DNA of 64,000 nt from Candidatus Gastranaerophilales bacterium (lineage in GTDB: Bacteria > Cyanobacteriota > Vampirovibrionia > Gastranaerophilales > JANQFW01). The notes under the pieces were generated by a model. The model did no database searches. It was not told the origin of the DNA and worked only from the letters and a program-made list of their open reading frames with translations. Made by a program: the position numbers and the translations under genes. Position 1 is the first letter of the stretch. Each line of letters opens with the position of its first letter. Shown piece after piece: positions 1 to 8,418 of the stretch. Where the stretch lies: positions 15,815-79,814 of the forward strand of contig JANQFW010000089.1 of NCBI GenBank assembly GCA_028277625.1. Direction: 5' to 3'.

Positions 1-189
1 GTAATACAGATGTTTATAATCAAAGCCTTAAAAAAAGTACTCTTTCTTGATAACAATGATAACACTGTTATTGGCTTAAATGAACTTAAGAGTAAAAATC
101 CAAAGAACAATAAAGTAAAAGCTACTATTCAGAAATCTAAAAAGCTTGATGATGTAAAGCTTTGCGACTTAATTAGAGGAATTGACTAA
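1..189 (+). CDS. 3' end of a CDS entering from the left edge; EF-hand-like protein (partial)
   Basis: Frame 1 is open from position 1 to TAA at 187-189. The tail contains DNNDNTVIGLNE, which fits the 12-residue EF-hand loop pattern (D-x-N-x-N-x-x-I-x-x-x-E). Confidence 0.4.
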   Translation, partial: VIQMFIIKALKKVLFLDNNDNTVIGLNELKSKNPKNNKVKATIQKSKKLDDVKLCDLIRGID

Positions 190-229
190 TAGCTATCTTA
201 AATTCAATAGATTTATTAGAATCGCAGCC

Positions 230-1270
230 TTAAATTTTATAGAGCCTCATAACATCTTTAACCTCTTCAAGAACTTCAGATGCTCTTTGTTTTGCCTTTT
301 GACTTCCGTCCGCAATTATCTGCTTAATGTAATCTGTATCTTGCTCAAGTTCTTTACGTTTTTCTCTTATATCCTTAAAGTTATCATTTATCAGGTTAGC
401 AAGTTCTATCTTACAGTCTTTGCAACCTCTGGTTCCGGCGGTGCATTCTTGTCTTACTGCATCTTTAGTGTTTTCATCTGCAAATATTGAATAGTAGGTA
501 TAAACTACTTCGCATTCATCAGGATGCCCGGGGTCTGTTCTTTTAATTCTAGACCTATCTGTTATAGCCCTCATTATTTTCTTAGTTGTTATCTCATCAG
601 AATCTGACAGCTTAATATCATTATTAAAAGACTTACCCATTTTTTGCCCGTCTATACCCTTTAGTAAAGGTGCATGTGTTAATTTAGGCTGAGGCTCATT
701 AAAATAGTCTGTTTTATAGATATAATTAAATTTTCTTGCAATATCTCTGGATAATTCCAAATGAGCAACCTGATCACTACCTACAGGTACTAAAGAGGCA
801 TTGAACATCATTATATCCGCACTTTGTAATACAGGATATCCAAGTAATCCATAAGTGACAACTCCTGAATCAGCCGGAGCTTTAGATTCTTGCTCTTCAG
901 TTTTTTTACTGAGTATCTTAATCATATCCTTAAGGGCAGGGTCTCTTTCAACCCAGTTATGAGGGGTTATCATGCTTAAATAAACATGAAGCTCAGCAAT
1001 TTGAGGTATTAAAGATTGCACATATATTGTGGACACCTCTGGATCAATACCACTTGCTATCCAATCTATTGCAACATCTAAAATATGTTGATTTAATTCT
1101 TCTGTTTCTTCATACTTTGTAGTAAGAGCATGCCAGTCTGCTATTGCAAAATAGCAATCATAGTCATTTTGAAGTTCAACCCAATTTTTTAAAACTCCCA
1201 TATAGTGACCTATATGAAGTTTGCCCGTGGGTCTCATTCCTGACATTATTGTTCTTTTATTTTCCGGCAT
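230..1270 (-). CDS. trpS: tryptophan--tRNA ligase
   Basis: 346-aa ORF with a class I aaRS HIGH-type motif (GKLHIGHY) and KMSKS-type motif (KMGKS). TrpRS-like over its full length. GAGGAG RBS 6 nt upstream of the ATG. Confidence 0.95.
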   Translation of the reverse strand: MPENKRTIMSGMRPTGKLHIGHYMGVLKNWVELQNDYDCYFAIADWHALTTKYEETEELNQHILDVAIDWIASGIDPEVSTIYVQSLIPQIAELHVYLSMITPHNWVERDPALKDMIKILSKKTEEQESKAPADSGVVTYGLLGYPVLQSADIMMFNASLVPVGSDQVAHLELSRDIARKFNYIYKTDYFNEPQPKLTHAPLLKGIDGQKMGKSFNNDIKLSDSDEITTKKIMRAITDRSRIKRTDPGHPDECEVVYTYYSIFADENTKDAVRQECTAGTRGCKDCKIELANLINDNFKDIREKRKELEQDTDYIKQIIADGSQKAKQRASEVLEEVKDVMRLYKI

Positions 1271-1502
1271 GTTTGTCTCCTCTAAAGAAAGTTTTTATTC
1301 CCATTTAATAATATTGTATAAAAAAATAAAATAAACAAAAAAATAATTTCCCAGCTAAATACATAAAAGTATAGGGAACTCATGTTCTTTTTTTAAACAA
1401 TGTGTATAATATTATATATCTATCAAAAGATCAGGAAGTATCAACAATAGTTATATCCATTATATTTAAAATAAAGTTTTTAGCGCGGGAGAACATCTAC
1501 TA

Positions 1503-3224
1503 ATGAAAAGCTTAACGATTGTTCAAAAGTTAATACTGGCATTTACTGCTATATTTTTAATGGCCCTTTTATTGGGGGCTGCAGGCTTATTGGGTGCCTT
1601 AAAGATATCCAATACATCTAAAAATATTTTAAATAAAGAAGCTTTTATCGTTAATTATTCATCACAGGCAAGGGCTTTATCTTTACACTTAAGACGATGT
1701 GAAAAAGATTCATTTTTAAACATTAATAACGAAAAAAAGAGAAAAAAGTACATAGAAAAATGGCATAAAAAATATGAAGAATTAAATACTGTATTAAACA
1801 AGCTAAATAAAAGATTAGCTAAACATAGCCTGGATGAGGATACTAAACTTGTAAACAAATGTATTTCCGGAGTACATGAGTATAAAAAAGCTTTTTTAAA
1901 AATACAAGATGATATAAATGCCGGCTTAATAACAACTCCAGCCGGAGGAAACAAAGCATTAAAACCATTTAAGGAGTACATAAGAGATGTGGATGTATCC
2001 TCTGCTGCTTTAGCAGAAAAATATGATGGCATCATAAACTCTGTTCATAAAAAAATAGATAACTCTTTAGGGTTAGTAATATCTTCAATTGCAGTATTAT
2101 TGCTAATAATTATAATCTCTATTGCAGTTATAAGCTTTTTGTTAATGAGGGCTATTAACACCCCCATAAGCCAACTAGTTAAAAGCTTATCAGAAGTTGC
2201 AAAGGGAGACTTTAGAAAAAAAATTATTGTTGATAATAATGACGAATTTGGTCATATAGCTAAGGCATCTGAATCTATGAGAAATGAGATTAGTAAACTA
2301 ATTATTGACATGACCTCTCAAATAGATTTTTTAAATAAAAATGCAAGTACAATGAGTACTTCTGTAAATCAAACTGTCGAAGGTAGCAATCAAATATCAC
2401 AAAGTATAGTACATCTTTCTACCAGTGCTACCGAACAAAATGAATTTGTGAGTGAAGTTGTCTCTCAATCTCAAAGTATTTCAAATGAATTATCAACTAT
2501 TTCAGATAAAATATCAGAAATAGTTGATTACTCGGAAAACAGTAAAAACAATAGCCAACAGGCTGAAAATGAAGCAAAAGAAGCCATTTTAAAGTTTAAC
2601 AACCTTAACAATTTGTCACTGGAGGCAACGAATACAATCAAGGTGCTTGGTAAAAAAGTTGAAGAAATAAGTGTAATAATAGAATTAATAAAAAATATAT
2701 CTAGTCAAACTAATTTACTTGCATTAAATGCCAGCATAGAAGCAGCAAGAGCCGGTGAGCAAGGTAAAGGATTTGCGGTTGTTGCGGAAGAGGTAAAAAA
2801 ACTTGCCGAAGAATCAGCAAAGGCTTCTAATCAAATTACTGGTATGATTAATGAGATTCAAGAAAAAACAGATCTATCAATTAAATGCATTGATGAAAAT
2901 GATAAAGAAATATGCAAGAGTTCTGAACTTGTCAACCATATAAGCAGCAATTTAGACCAGGTTTTAATTGATTCTAATAACATTAATCACAACATAATAA
3001 ATGTGTCTGATGTTATTAAAAATATAACGATGTATTCTAAAAATATAGAGTCGTCTATAGGAAAAATATACTCAACTTTTGAAGAAAATACTGTAGGAAT
3101 GGAAGAAGTATCTGCTATATCAGAAGAACAGGTAGCCAATATGAATGAAGTTAATGAAAGTATTACAAAGTTATCTAACTTAGCTACAAAGGTTAAAGAA
3201 AGCGTAGTATTTTTTAAGGTTTAG
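1503..3224 (+). CDS. methyl-accepting chemotaxis protein (two TM segments, HAMP-like linker, MCP signalling domain)
   Basis: 573-aa ORF with N-terminal and mid-protein hydrophobic segments. Carries the highly conserved MCP hairpin [37 protein letters not shown]. Confidence 0.9.
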   Translation: MKSLTIVQKLILAFTAIFLMALLLGAAGLLGALKISNTSKNILNKEAFIVNYSSQARALSLHLRRCEKDSFLNINNEKKRKKYIEKWHKKYEELNTVLNKLNKRLAKHSLDEDTKLVNKCISGVHEYKKAFLKIQDDINAGLITTPAGGNKALKPFKEYIRDVDVSSAALAEKYDGIINSVHKKIDNSLGLVISSIAVLLLIIIISIAVISFLLMRAINTPISQLVKSLSEVAKGDFRKKIIVDNNDEFGHIAKASESMRNEISKLIIDMTSQIDFLNKNASTMSTSVNQTVEGSNQISQSIVHLSTSATEQNEFVSEVVSQSQSISNELSTISDKISEIVDYSENSKNNSQQAENEAKEAILKFNNLNNLSLEATNTIKVLGKKVEEISVIIELIKNISSQTNLLALNASIEAARAGEQGKGFAVVAEEVKKLAEESAKASNQITGMINEIQEKTDLSIKCIDENDKEICKSSELVNHISSNLDQVLIDSNNINHNIINVSDVIKNITMYSKNIESSIGKIYSTFEENTVGMEEVSAISEEQVANMNEVNESITKLSNLATKVKESVVFFKV

Positions 3225-3291
3225 ACGTTAAGTAATATTAAATACCTATAAAAACAAGCACTTTTTGTCTAAAAAAATACTTTATAATAGT

Positions 3292-3361
3292 GGGTAAAGG
3301 AAACACTGTTAAAGGTTGGTAAAAACCAAAGATTTAAAGGTGATTAACGTCACCTGTTTTT
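3292..3361 (+). ncRNA. candidate small RNA, family 1 copy A (about 70 nt)
   Basis: GCACTT (3258-3263)-N19-TATAAT (3283-3288), then the conserved 5' end GGGTAAAGG (3292-3300). Hairpin AGGTGA/TCACCT (3338-3355) plus T-run 3357-3361. Lies between convergent CDSs. Paralogous to 27410-27476 and 45029-45116. Confidence 0.5.
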
Positions 3362-3395
3362 ATTTTGTTCACTAATTTATAAAGCATTTATATAA

Positions 3396-4022
3396 TTATT
3401 TATTTGAAAGCTCTACAATAGCATTAGAAGTTGATGTTTTTGAACTTGCTTTATATACTTTTTGCCAGCTCTTTAATATGGACGTCCGTAAGTCCTGCTT
3501 CTCATCTTTTGATAATATATTCCAGTAGTTTGGCTTGATTATTACGACTAACTTATTACCTTGTTCATGAGAAACAAAGGCATTTTGTATATAATTGCGG
3601 TATTGTTTGTTTTTTATGTTATTTATTACTTGTATATTCAACGGAGATAAGGACCTTGTGCTTATGGTGGGGTCTTTTAAATGGCTTATAACCATGTTCT
3701 TTAACCCGGCTAAATTTATTATTAATATTAAAGAAAGAAAGAATGACAATATCCATACCGGTATTAATATTGCAAACTTTTTGCTGTTCTGGTTTGCCTT
3801 TAGGTAAAAACCACAGTCGCAAAAAGACTTTGAGTCTGTTATTAATACCTTGCAGTTTGGGCATGTTTTATCTTGCACTATATTGTTTTTTACATATATT
3901 TTTTTGTCATTAAATGTTTCTACTTTTATGCTGTCTTTATTCATTTTTACCTTTTTATTCGTTATTTTCTTATGAAATATAGTAATATTTTCATAAAGTT
4001 TACAAGTTTTATCGTAGCGCAT
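3396..4022 (-). CDS. hypothetical membrane protein with N-terminal zinc-ribbon-like CPNC...CDC motif
   Basis: 208-aa ORF with CxxC...CxC, then one hydrophobic helix (FAILIPVWILSFFLSLILIINLAGL). The true start may be the internal ATG at 3944 (MNKDSIKV...). Confidence 0.55.
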   Translation of the reverse strand: MRYDKTCKLYENITIFHKKITNKKVKMNKDSIKVETFNDKKIYVKNNIVQDKTCPNCKVLITDSKSFCDCGFYLKANQNSKKFAILIPVWILSFFLSLILIINLAGLKNMVISHLKDPTISTRSLSPLNIQVINNIKNKQYRNYIQNAFVSHEQGNKLVVIIKPNYWNILSKDEKQDLRTSILKSWQKVYKASSKTSTSNAIVELSNK

Positions 4023-4197
4023 CTCCAGAATAAATAAATAGGTTGGAAGGGTAGTTTTGTAATATATTTCAGGGGAATTTACTTTTTTTATTTAGCATTT
4101 TAGAAGTTTAATTTTTTAAACTTTTTTCTAATGAAAAAAGATGATTCTAAATGTATATTTAAAACTATAATTAAAGTTAGTAAGGAGAGGCTTGGTT

Positions 4198-4398
4198 ATG
4201 GGTGTCAATGCAGAAAAAGACTTTAAAGACAGTTCCTATCAAAAAGCTCAAAAGGCCAAAAAATCTCTCAATAGTTATATAGATCAGCTGGAATTGCATT
4301 TTGACTTAGACGAAAAAGCTGTTTATAATATATTAAAATCCACTTTGCAAACCAGAAAAAATAAAAATTTGAAAAAAAGATGGTGGCAGATGTGGTAA
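4198..4398 (+). CDS. hypothetical small basic protein
   Basis: ORF track 4192-4398. The ATG at 4198 follows an AGGAGAGG RBS. No recognisable family. Confidence 0.4.
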   Translation: MGVNAEKDFKDSSYQKAQKAKKSLNSYIDQLELHFDLDEKAVYNILKSTLQTRKNKNLKKRWWQMW

Positions 4399-4457
4399 TA
4401 GTTGAGAAAAAAAGTTAAAATAGATTCTGTAGTGAAAAAGTATTAAATGTATTAAGG

Positions 4458-5048
4458 GTGAATATGCCTACAGATAAGATGAAAATTGAAATAGACAGTG
4501 TTTTTGTGCAAAAGATATTTAGCTTGGCTGATTTGATACCGCCTAATGAGGTTACTTCTATAGACTTGAATAATGCTTTGAGCAAAATAGAGTCAAAATT
4601 TAACAGCATGCTTGCAAGTCAAAATTCCACTAGTGTTAATATAAACAACAGCACAGAGAGTGGCCTATCTGACAAGGGTAAAAAAGTTCTTGTTGTTGAT
4701 GATATGGGAATAATTGCTTATCAGTTGGATGTTATTTTCAAAAAGATGGGATTTGACGTTATTATTTCGCAAGAAATTTATGATGCAATCGATAAGTTTA
4801 GGGCTGACAGCTTTGACTTTGCGGTTATTGACTTGTTTATTCCAACAGAAAAAGAGGGCTTTATTTTGTTGGATGAGCTTAAGAAAATGTCTATTATCAA
4901 CCAACAGGACACTAAAATTATTGTCATGACTGCATCGTCTAAAACTGAAAACAAAGAAAAATGCCTGAAAAAGGGTGCGAGTTTTTATATAGAAAAGGCT
5001 CCGGGATGGCAAAAGAAGATAATGGAGTCTTGTTTAGCTACTAAGTGA
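4458..5048 (+). CDS. response regulator receiver protein with about 75-aa N-terminal extension
   Basis: C-terminal about 120 aa is CheY-like: VVDD acidic pair, phospho-acceptor D in AVIDLFIP, T in IVMTASS, K in YIEKAP. Start ambiguous (GTG 4458 or ATG 4464). Confidence 0.85.
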   Translation: MNMPTDKMKIEIDSVFVQKIFSLADLIPPNEVTSIDLNNALSKIESKFNSMLASQNSTSVNINNSTESGLSDKGKKVLVVDDMGIIAYQLDVIFKKMGFDVIISQEIYDAIDKFRADSFDFAVIDLFIPTEKEGFILLDELKKMSIINQQDTKIIVMTASSKTENKEKCLKKGASFYIEKAPGWQKKIMESCLATK

Positions 5049-5067
5049 TTAGGATAAGGATGTATTT

Positions 5068-5481
5068 ATGTCTGGAGAAAATGGTATTAATGAAGGTGAT
5101 TCTGTATTAGTAGTTGATGATCTAGGTGTTATTACTTATCAGCTGGATAGGTTATTATCACAGCGTGGATTTGATGTGACTATATCTAAAGAAATATATG
5201 ATTCTATTGATAAATATAAAAAACAGGATTTTAAGCTTGTTGTTATGGATTTATTTATCCCTACGGAGCGCGAGGGATTTATTCTTCTTGATGAGATTAA
5301 AAAGCTTTCGCTTTTGTGTAAGTTAAATACTAAGATTGTTGTTATGACGGCATTTTCTAAGAATGAATACAAGGCAAGATGTTTGAACCGCGGGGCTGAT
5401 TATTATATAGAAAAAGCTGCCGGCTGGCAGGACAAGATATTAAAAGCTTGCATGGGCGAAAATGTTAGGGATGAAGACTGA
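5068..5481 (+). CDS. single-domain response regulator (CheY-like), paralog of the upstream gene
   Basis: 137-aa ORF with the same receiver signature (VVDD, VVMDLFIPTEREGFILLDE, VVMTAFS, YIEKAAGW), clearly similar to 4458-5048. Confidence 0.9.
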   Translation: MSGENGINEGDSVLVVDDLGVITYQLDRLLSQRGFDVTISKEIYDSIDKYKKQDFKLVVMDLFIPTEREGFILLDEIKKLSLLCKLNTKIVVMTAFSKNEYKARCLNRGADYYIEKAAGWQDKILKACMGENVRDED

Positions 5482-5487
5482 TAAATT

Positions 5488-5570
5488 TTAAATTAATAAT
5501 TCTTTGCAGAAATCTATTTATAAAATAGTTATAAAGTAGTAAAATATTTAAAATAATAAAGGCAAATAAA
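5488..5570. repeat. 83-bp direct repeat, copy 1
   Basis: Identical to 7366-7448 except one base (A vs G in ...gcagaaAtct...), checked base by base. Confidence 0.9.
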
Positions 5571-5578
5571 AATATGTT

Positions 5579-5956
5579 TTATTTTTTGCTTGGTTTCCTG
5601 CAAGTATCTGTAATTGAGATAATTGCTGTAGTAATTGCACCTACGAGACCAGTGCCCGCTAGTAAATAACCAAGCTTTTCCTTGTTTTTAAATATAGCTA
5701 AAGCACCTACACAGCACAGAGCAGTCATTACTGCATAAGTGGTCATATAAACTATTCCTTTATCCTTTTCTCCTTTTCTAAAGTGCCTAAGGCCTGGCAA
5801 AAAAGCTGCTGTAAACGCTACTGGTGCAGTATTCCTGCTGAGTGTTGTTTTATTAGGAGAGCCTTCTTGTTTTTTGGCTACAACTTTAATATTGTTATTA
5901 TTAAAAGTCTTAGTAGATTGTAACTGTATTGATCTATTGTGTAGACCTGCTTGCAT
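5579..5956 (-). CDS. hypothetical small membrane protein
   Basis: 125-aa ORF with a polar N-terminus and two or three hydrophobic segments in the C-terminal half. No family recognised. Confidence 0.5.
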   Translation of the reverse strand: MQAGLHNRSIQLQSTKTFNNNNIKVVAKKQEGSPNKTTLSRNTAPVAFTAAFLPGLRHFRKGEKDKGIVYMTTYAVMTALCCVGALAIFKNKEKLGYLLAGTGLVGAITTAIISITDTCRKPSKK

Positions 5957-6046
5957 ATTTATTTTCCCAATTTATTAGTTTTTATTATTTATAATAAATA
6001 AAAACATATTAAATATAAATAAAATAAATTTAAATATTTACATTAT

Positions 6047-6352
6047 TCAATCTTCTGAGTATACTTCCTTCAGGTCATCAGCCAATGCCACAGGAGTTGC
6101 AAAGGAAGATCCACATATACATGTTAATGCTTCATTTTTAGAGTTATCAGGGCTGTAAGAAATTTTATTACCCTTTTTAAGATTAATCACGAAACCGTTG
6201 TATATACTCCCTGTTCTGGAGTGAAAAACTTCAGGAATCAACTTTAATGGGTTAAATGAAAATTTTTTTTTATTAAGGGTTGAGGGTTCATCTTCTGTCT
6301 CACCTGACTCTTTTAAGAGGAATTTTCCTTTATTCAATATAGCTTCTTTCAT
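6047..6352 (-). CDS. hypothetical protein
   Basis: 101-aa ORF co-directional with its neighbours. No family recognised. Confidence 0.45.
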   Translation of the reverse strand: MKEAILNKGKFLLKESGETEDEPSTLNKKKFSFNPLKLIPEVFHSRTGSIYNGFVINLKKGNKISYSPDNSKNEALTCICGSSFATPVALADDLKEVYSED

Positions 6353-6398
6353 GTCAAACCTTAAGTCAGGGAGTTCTTTATAGTAATCTTTATTATTT

Positions 6399-6680
6399 TT
6401 AATACTGATATTGATAGTATTCTTTTAGGGCAGAAAAAACTTCATCTAAAGCATAGAGGTCATACTCTAGACTTGCTTCACTATTTGATTCACTGTCATA
6501 AGTTTCACCGCTAATCTGCCTTGAGAAATCTTTATCAAAAGAACAAAGTGATGCTGGTATTTTAATTGGGTTTAAGCTATCAACGTGCATTTTTAACTCT
6601 CCACTTTTGGAGTACATTATACTAATGTTTATATTTATCGATAAGAGAACTCTTTGCAGAGTAAGGCTCAACATTCCCAT
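6399..6680 (-). CDS. hypothetical small acidic protein (start probably 6590)
   Basis: The ORF track gives 93 aa. An internal ATG at 6590 (MHVDSLNP...) is preceded by GGAGAG at good spacing, so the upstream part is more likely an untranslated structured leader. Confidence 0.4.
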   Translation of the reverse strand: MGMLSLTLQRVLLSININISIMYSKSGELKMHVDSLNPIKIPASLCSFDKDFSRQISGETYDSESNSEASLEYDLYALDEVFSALKEYYQYQY

Positions 6681-6803
6681 TTACATCTGTAGCTCCAGGC
6701 GACTGGAATGCAGTATTAGCCGAATACCCTCGAATTATACACGGAAGAGAGACCGATCCCAGAAGACTCCTCGAGTGATAAACTTAGGGTATAACAAATA
6801 TTT
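6681..6803 (-). promoter_or_regulatory. G+C-rich structured element (candidate cis-regulatory leader or small RNA)
   Basis: About 50% G+C by hand count over 6690-6780, against AT-rich flanks. On the minus strand: 7-bp helix AUACCCU/AGGGUAU, hairpins GGUAUU-CGGCU-AAUACU and UCCAG-UCGC-CUGGA, and downstream a CUCCA-AAAG-UGGAG hairpin overlapping the RBS of the ATG at 6590. Confidence 0.35.
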
Positions 6804-6822
6804 AAAAATATAAGGTTTTAAT

Positions 6823-6864
6823 AATCCCATCTTGTTGAACTAAAAATCAGATTAAGATGGGATT
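6823..6864 (-). terminator. hairpin downstream of CDS 6885-7313
   Basis: 11-bp perfect stem AATCCCATCTT / AAGATGGGATT with a 20-nt loop. Only a weak U-rich tail on the minus strand. Confidence 0.35.
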
Positions 6865-6884
6865 TATATATTCATGTGTATTTG

Positions 6885-7313
6885 CTACTTTTCTACATTT
6901 TTATGTACTTTTACAAATACAACGCTTCCTAAAAAATTTTTTCTAGCCATAAGGTCATCAGGCATATTCTTCATTCCTGGCTTAACGAAATAACCTACAG
7001 GTGCCAAGCAAAATCTTGTAAAAAATGGTGATCTTACTATCTTTGTATCTTCGGGTAAAATACGATATTTATTAATAGTTTCTATTTGCTCATCAGTTAG
7101 ATATCCGGTTAATCGCCTTAAAAGGCTAACTTTTAACTGTGGCTTTAGCTCAATAATATCGCCTTTGGTATCAAAATAAGCTTTACCTAATCTTGAAGGA
7201 TACAACTGATCTGGTTTATCCATATTGCTATTATTACTATGTAGAGGGTACTTACTACTAGCAAACCTACAAGCTATATTCATCATAGTATTCCTCTTTA
7301 ATGCATAATTCAA
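6885..7313 (-). CDS. hypothetical protein
   Basis: 142-aa ORF. No family recognised. Confidence 0.5.
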   Translation of the reverse strand: MNYALKRNTMMNIACRFASSKYPLHSNNSNMDKPDQLYPSRLGKAYFDTKGDIIELKPQLKVSLLRRLTGYLTDEQIETINKYRILPEDTKIVRSPFFTRFCLAPVGYFVKPGMKNMPDDLMARKNFLGSVVFVKVHKNVEK

Positions 7314-7365
7314 TACAACTATTATTATTAAATCAAAAAATATTTATATTTCATAATATTTAATG

Positions 7366-7448
7366 TTAAATTAATAATTCTTTGCAGAAGTCTATTTATA
7401 AAATAGTTATAAAGTAGTAAAATATTTAAAATAATAAAGGCAAATAAA
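7366..7448. repeat. 83-bp direct repeat, copy 2
   Basis: See 5488-5570. Its minus strand carries TACTTTATAAC, a -10-like motif 90-100 nt upstream of the CDS starting at 7313. Confidence 0.9.
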
Positions 7449-7510
7449 CAGGTTAAAACCTCTGAAATTTTTAACACAGAATTAACTACAATAAAAATTT
7501 AATCAGACTC

Positions 7511-8287
7511 TTACTTATCAAGTGCATTTAATTTATATTTCAGCATCAGAGGGCTGACCCGAGCAATAGTTCCATTCACTACCTGATTTTGGTTTATATC
7601 AGCAGTTGCACCATGTTCACCCTTAACAAGATAAACTTTACCAGGTTTATTCAAAAAGTTAATACACCCTGTAACTTTTGAATCAGCATCAATTACAACG
7701 ACTGCGTCTTCTTCATTTGAGTCTATTGTTATATTTCCATCAACTGTTGACCTATTACAAATTGAAACCATCGCCCCCTTATTGTCTGTTGATAGCGCAA
7801 TAGAACCATTAACTTTTGAGTTATCCAGTGTAACCAAATCTCCGGATTCTATATTTTTAGCAGTAGATTCATTTGTTAAACCAACAGTATCAGAATGAAT
7901 TTTAGTCGAATGACTGTTACTTAATATGGCAAAATTAGAATTAATCAAAGTCGCAGAGCTATTATCATCCAAAAGTACATCCTTATCAGCTATAATTGTA
8001 TTTGCATGACTGTTATGTAATTCAACATAGCCCCCTTTTAAATCACCAGCTTTTCTATTATTAATTACTTTAACGATACCACTAAATGTTTCTACTGTAG
8101 GTGGTATTGATGCGGCATAAAACTCACCTAAATTATGCAGATATTCCATAACTGCCGAAGTAGTATGAGCGTCAGAAGCTGCTTCATCTCGTCCTTTAAA
8201 CGCTACGCTTTGTTTTTGCACGTCACTGCTATTTTTAATACTTGATTTACCATACTGCCCATAGTTGGCAATTTCTGGAAGTCTCAT
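7511..8287 (-). CDS. hypothetical beta-helix-like repeat protein (bactofilin-like pattern, uncertain)
   Basis: The ORF track starts at 8305, but GGAGAG sits 8 nt before the ATG at 8287. The C-terminal two thirds shows short repetitive strand/turn periodicity (..NSKVNGSIALS..RSTVDGNITID..DSKVTGCINF..). Confidence 0.5.
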   Translation of the reverse strand: MRLPEIANYGQYGKSSIKNSSDVQKQSVAFKGRDEAASDAHTTSAVMEYLHNLGEFYAASIPPTVETFSGIVKVINNRKAGDLKGGYVELHNSHANTIIADKDVLLDDNSSATLINSNFAILSNSHSTKIHSDTVGLTNESTAKNIESGDLVTLDNSKVNGSIALSTDNKGAMVSICNRSTVDGNITIDSNEEDAVVVIDADSKVTGCINFLNKPGKVYLVKGEHGATADINQNQVVNGTIARVSPLMLKYKLNALDK

Positions 8288-8418
8288 TATACAATCACTC
8301 TCCATTTTTTAATTCAAATCGTATTGATAACGATTTAATAAGCAATAATTATACATAAAAGCATAAAATCTCTTGAATCTCAATAAATGAAGTCAATTGC
8401 AGCTTAATAAATATTAAG

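Noticed and set aside
182-490. 102-aa plus-strand ORF from the track
   Set aside because: It lies entirely antisense within trpS, has a low-complexity hydrophobic translation and no RBS. It is a shadow ORF. The same reasoning applies to 1655-2035, 3595-3807, 3619-3864, 4665-5012, 4714-4929, 5139-5372, 9082-9405, 10420-10611, 11923-12105, 12142-12336, 13583-13840, 17309-17530, 20009-20236, 20272-20460, 25538-25801, 26408-26620, 26505-26699, 27933-28139, 28772-28966, 29412-29651, 32576-32827, 33610-33801, 36683-36877, 38855-39055, 40211-40393, 44145-44387, 47361-47624, 49160-49376, 49870-50055, 50517-50726, 52029-52235, 54992-55213, 58099-58281, 59246-59566, 60171-60389 and 60611-60802.
1271-1502. 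Possible T-box leader upstream of trpS
   Set aside because: I read the minus strand of the spacer and found no T-box sequence (AAnnnGGGTGGnACCGCG-like), no specifier-loop context and no terminator/antiterminator pair. It is plain AT-rich promoter DNA.
6607-6813. 68-aa plus-strand ORF across the G+C-rich element
   Set aside because: It has no RBS and an implausible Arg/Ile/Cys-rich peptide. The region is better explained as structured RNA on the minus strand (see findings).
5488-7448. The 83-bp repeats considered as ends of an IS or transposon
   Set aside because: The repeats are direct, not inverted. There is no transposase or integrase ORF inside, and I could not identify a target-site duplication.
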